Positions 63,280 to 64,000 of a DNA stretch of 64,000 bases are shown in pieces; within the stretch, counting starts at the first letter, position 1, and every line of letters starts with the position of its first letter. The stretch is from the human T2T-CHM13v2.0 reference genome, Homo sapiens, in the NCBI RefSeq assembly GCF_009914755.1, contig NC_060933.1; one strand, given 5' to 3'. The position numbers and the translations under genes are program-made. The notes under the pieces were generated by a model. The model was given only the letters and a program-made list of their open reading frames with translations, was not told the origin of the DNA and made no database searches.

Positions 63280-63440
63280 GCATAATGACACTCATTTTAA
63301 CTAGTTCTTTGATTTTCAACGTAACTTTCTAATTACATTTTAATCCATGTTCTACAATTCCTGTGCAATTTCTCCATTCTCTCCAACACCTCCCCTCACT
63401 TTATTTTCATTTCAGACACATTTTCAAATTTAAAATTTGC

Positions 63441-63854
<414 letters not shown>

Positions 63855-64000
63855 TCATAGACATGGGACTTCTAAAGTCAGACTGGAGCCTAAGGACACC
63901 AGGCCGGCAGGCTGCTCCCTGGACCACCAACTTCTGTCCTGCTGCCTAACATCAAGTGGATGTTTGTTCAGTGTCTTTCCTTTCTACTTTCTCTTCCCAT

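Overview
Primate (human-like) genomic DNA, roughly 40% GC by eye, with no credible protein-coding exon, tRNA, rRNA or CRISPR array. The + strand is A-rich and the best splice signals lie on the minus strand, so the window most likely sits inside one very long intron (or a 5' non-coding region) of a minus-strand gene. I could not identify that gene. I count about 44 Alu/FLAM copies (28 on +, 16 on -; J, S and Y types), most with visible target-site duplications (TSDs). There are also many MIR and L2 relics, old L1M 3' ends, and DNA-transposon fossils (MER2, Tigger4-like, Tigger13-like, MER20). Many ORFs in the supplied track are Alu read-through artefacts and none of the rest is recognisable. 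The most interesting non-repeat signals are: (i) a 9-kb Alu-free block (33.5-42.6 kb) holding a small CpG-rich, promoter-like segment at about 38.8-39.0 kb with several candidate minus-strand exons; (ii) a series of minus-strand acceptor-donor pairs separated by only 0-37 nt (candidate microexons or recursive splice sites, the strongest being a 7-nt exon at 31264-31270); (iii) CpG-retaining, motif-rich unique segments at about 12 kb and 13.3-14.1 kb that resemble enhancers; (iv) closely spaced inverted Alu pairs and several unusual Alu insertion architectures. I see no evidence strong enough to claim a new biological system. The splicing-related findings are hypotheses that need RNA-seq and conservation checks. 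Repeat subfamily names come from recalled consensus features and are approximate.
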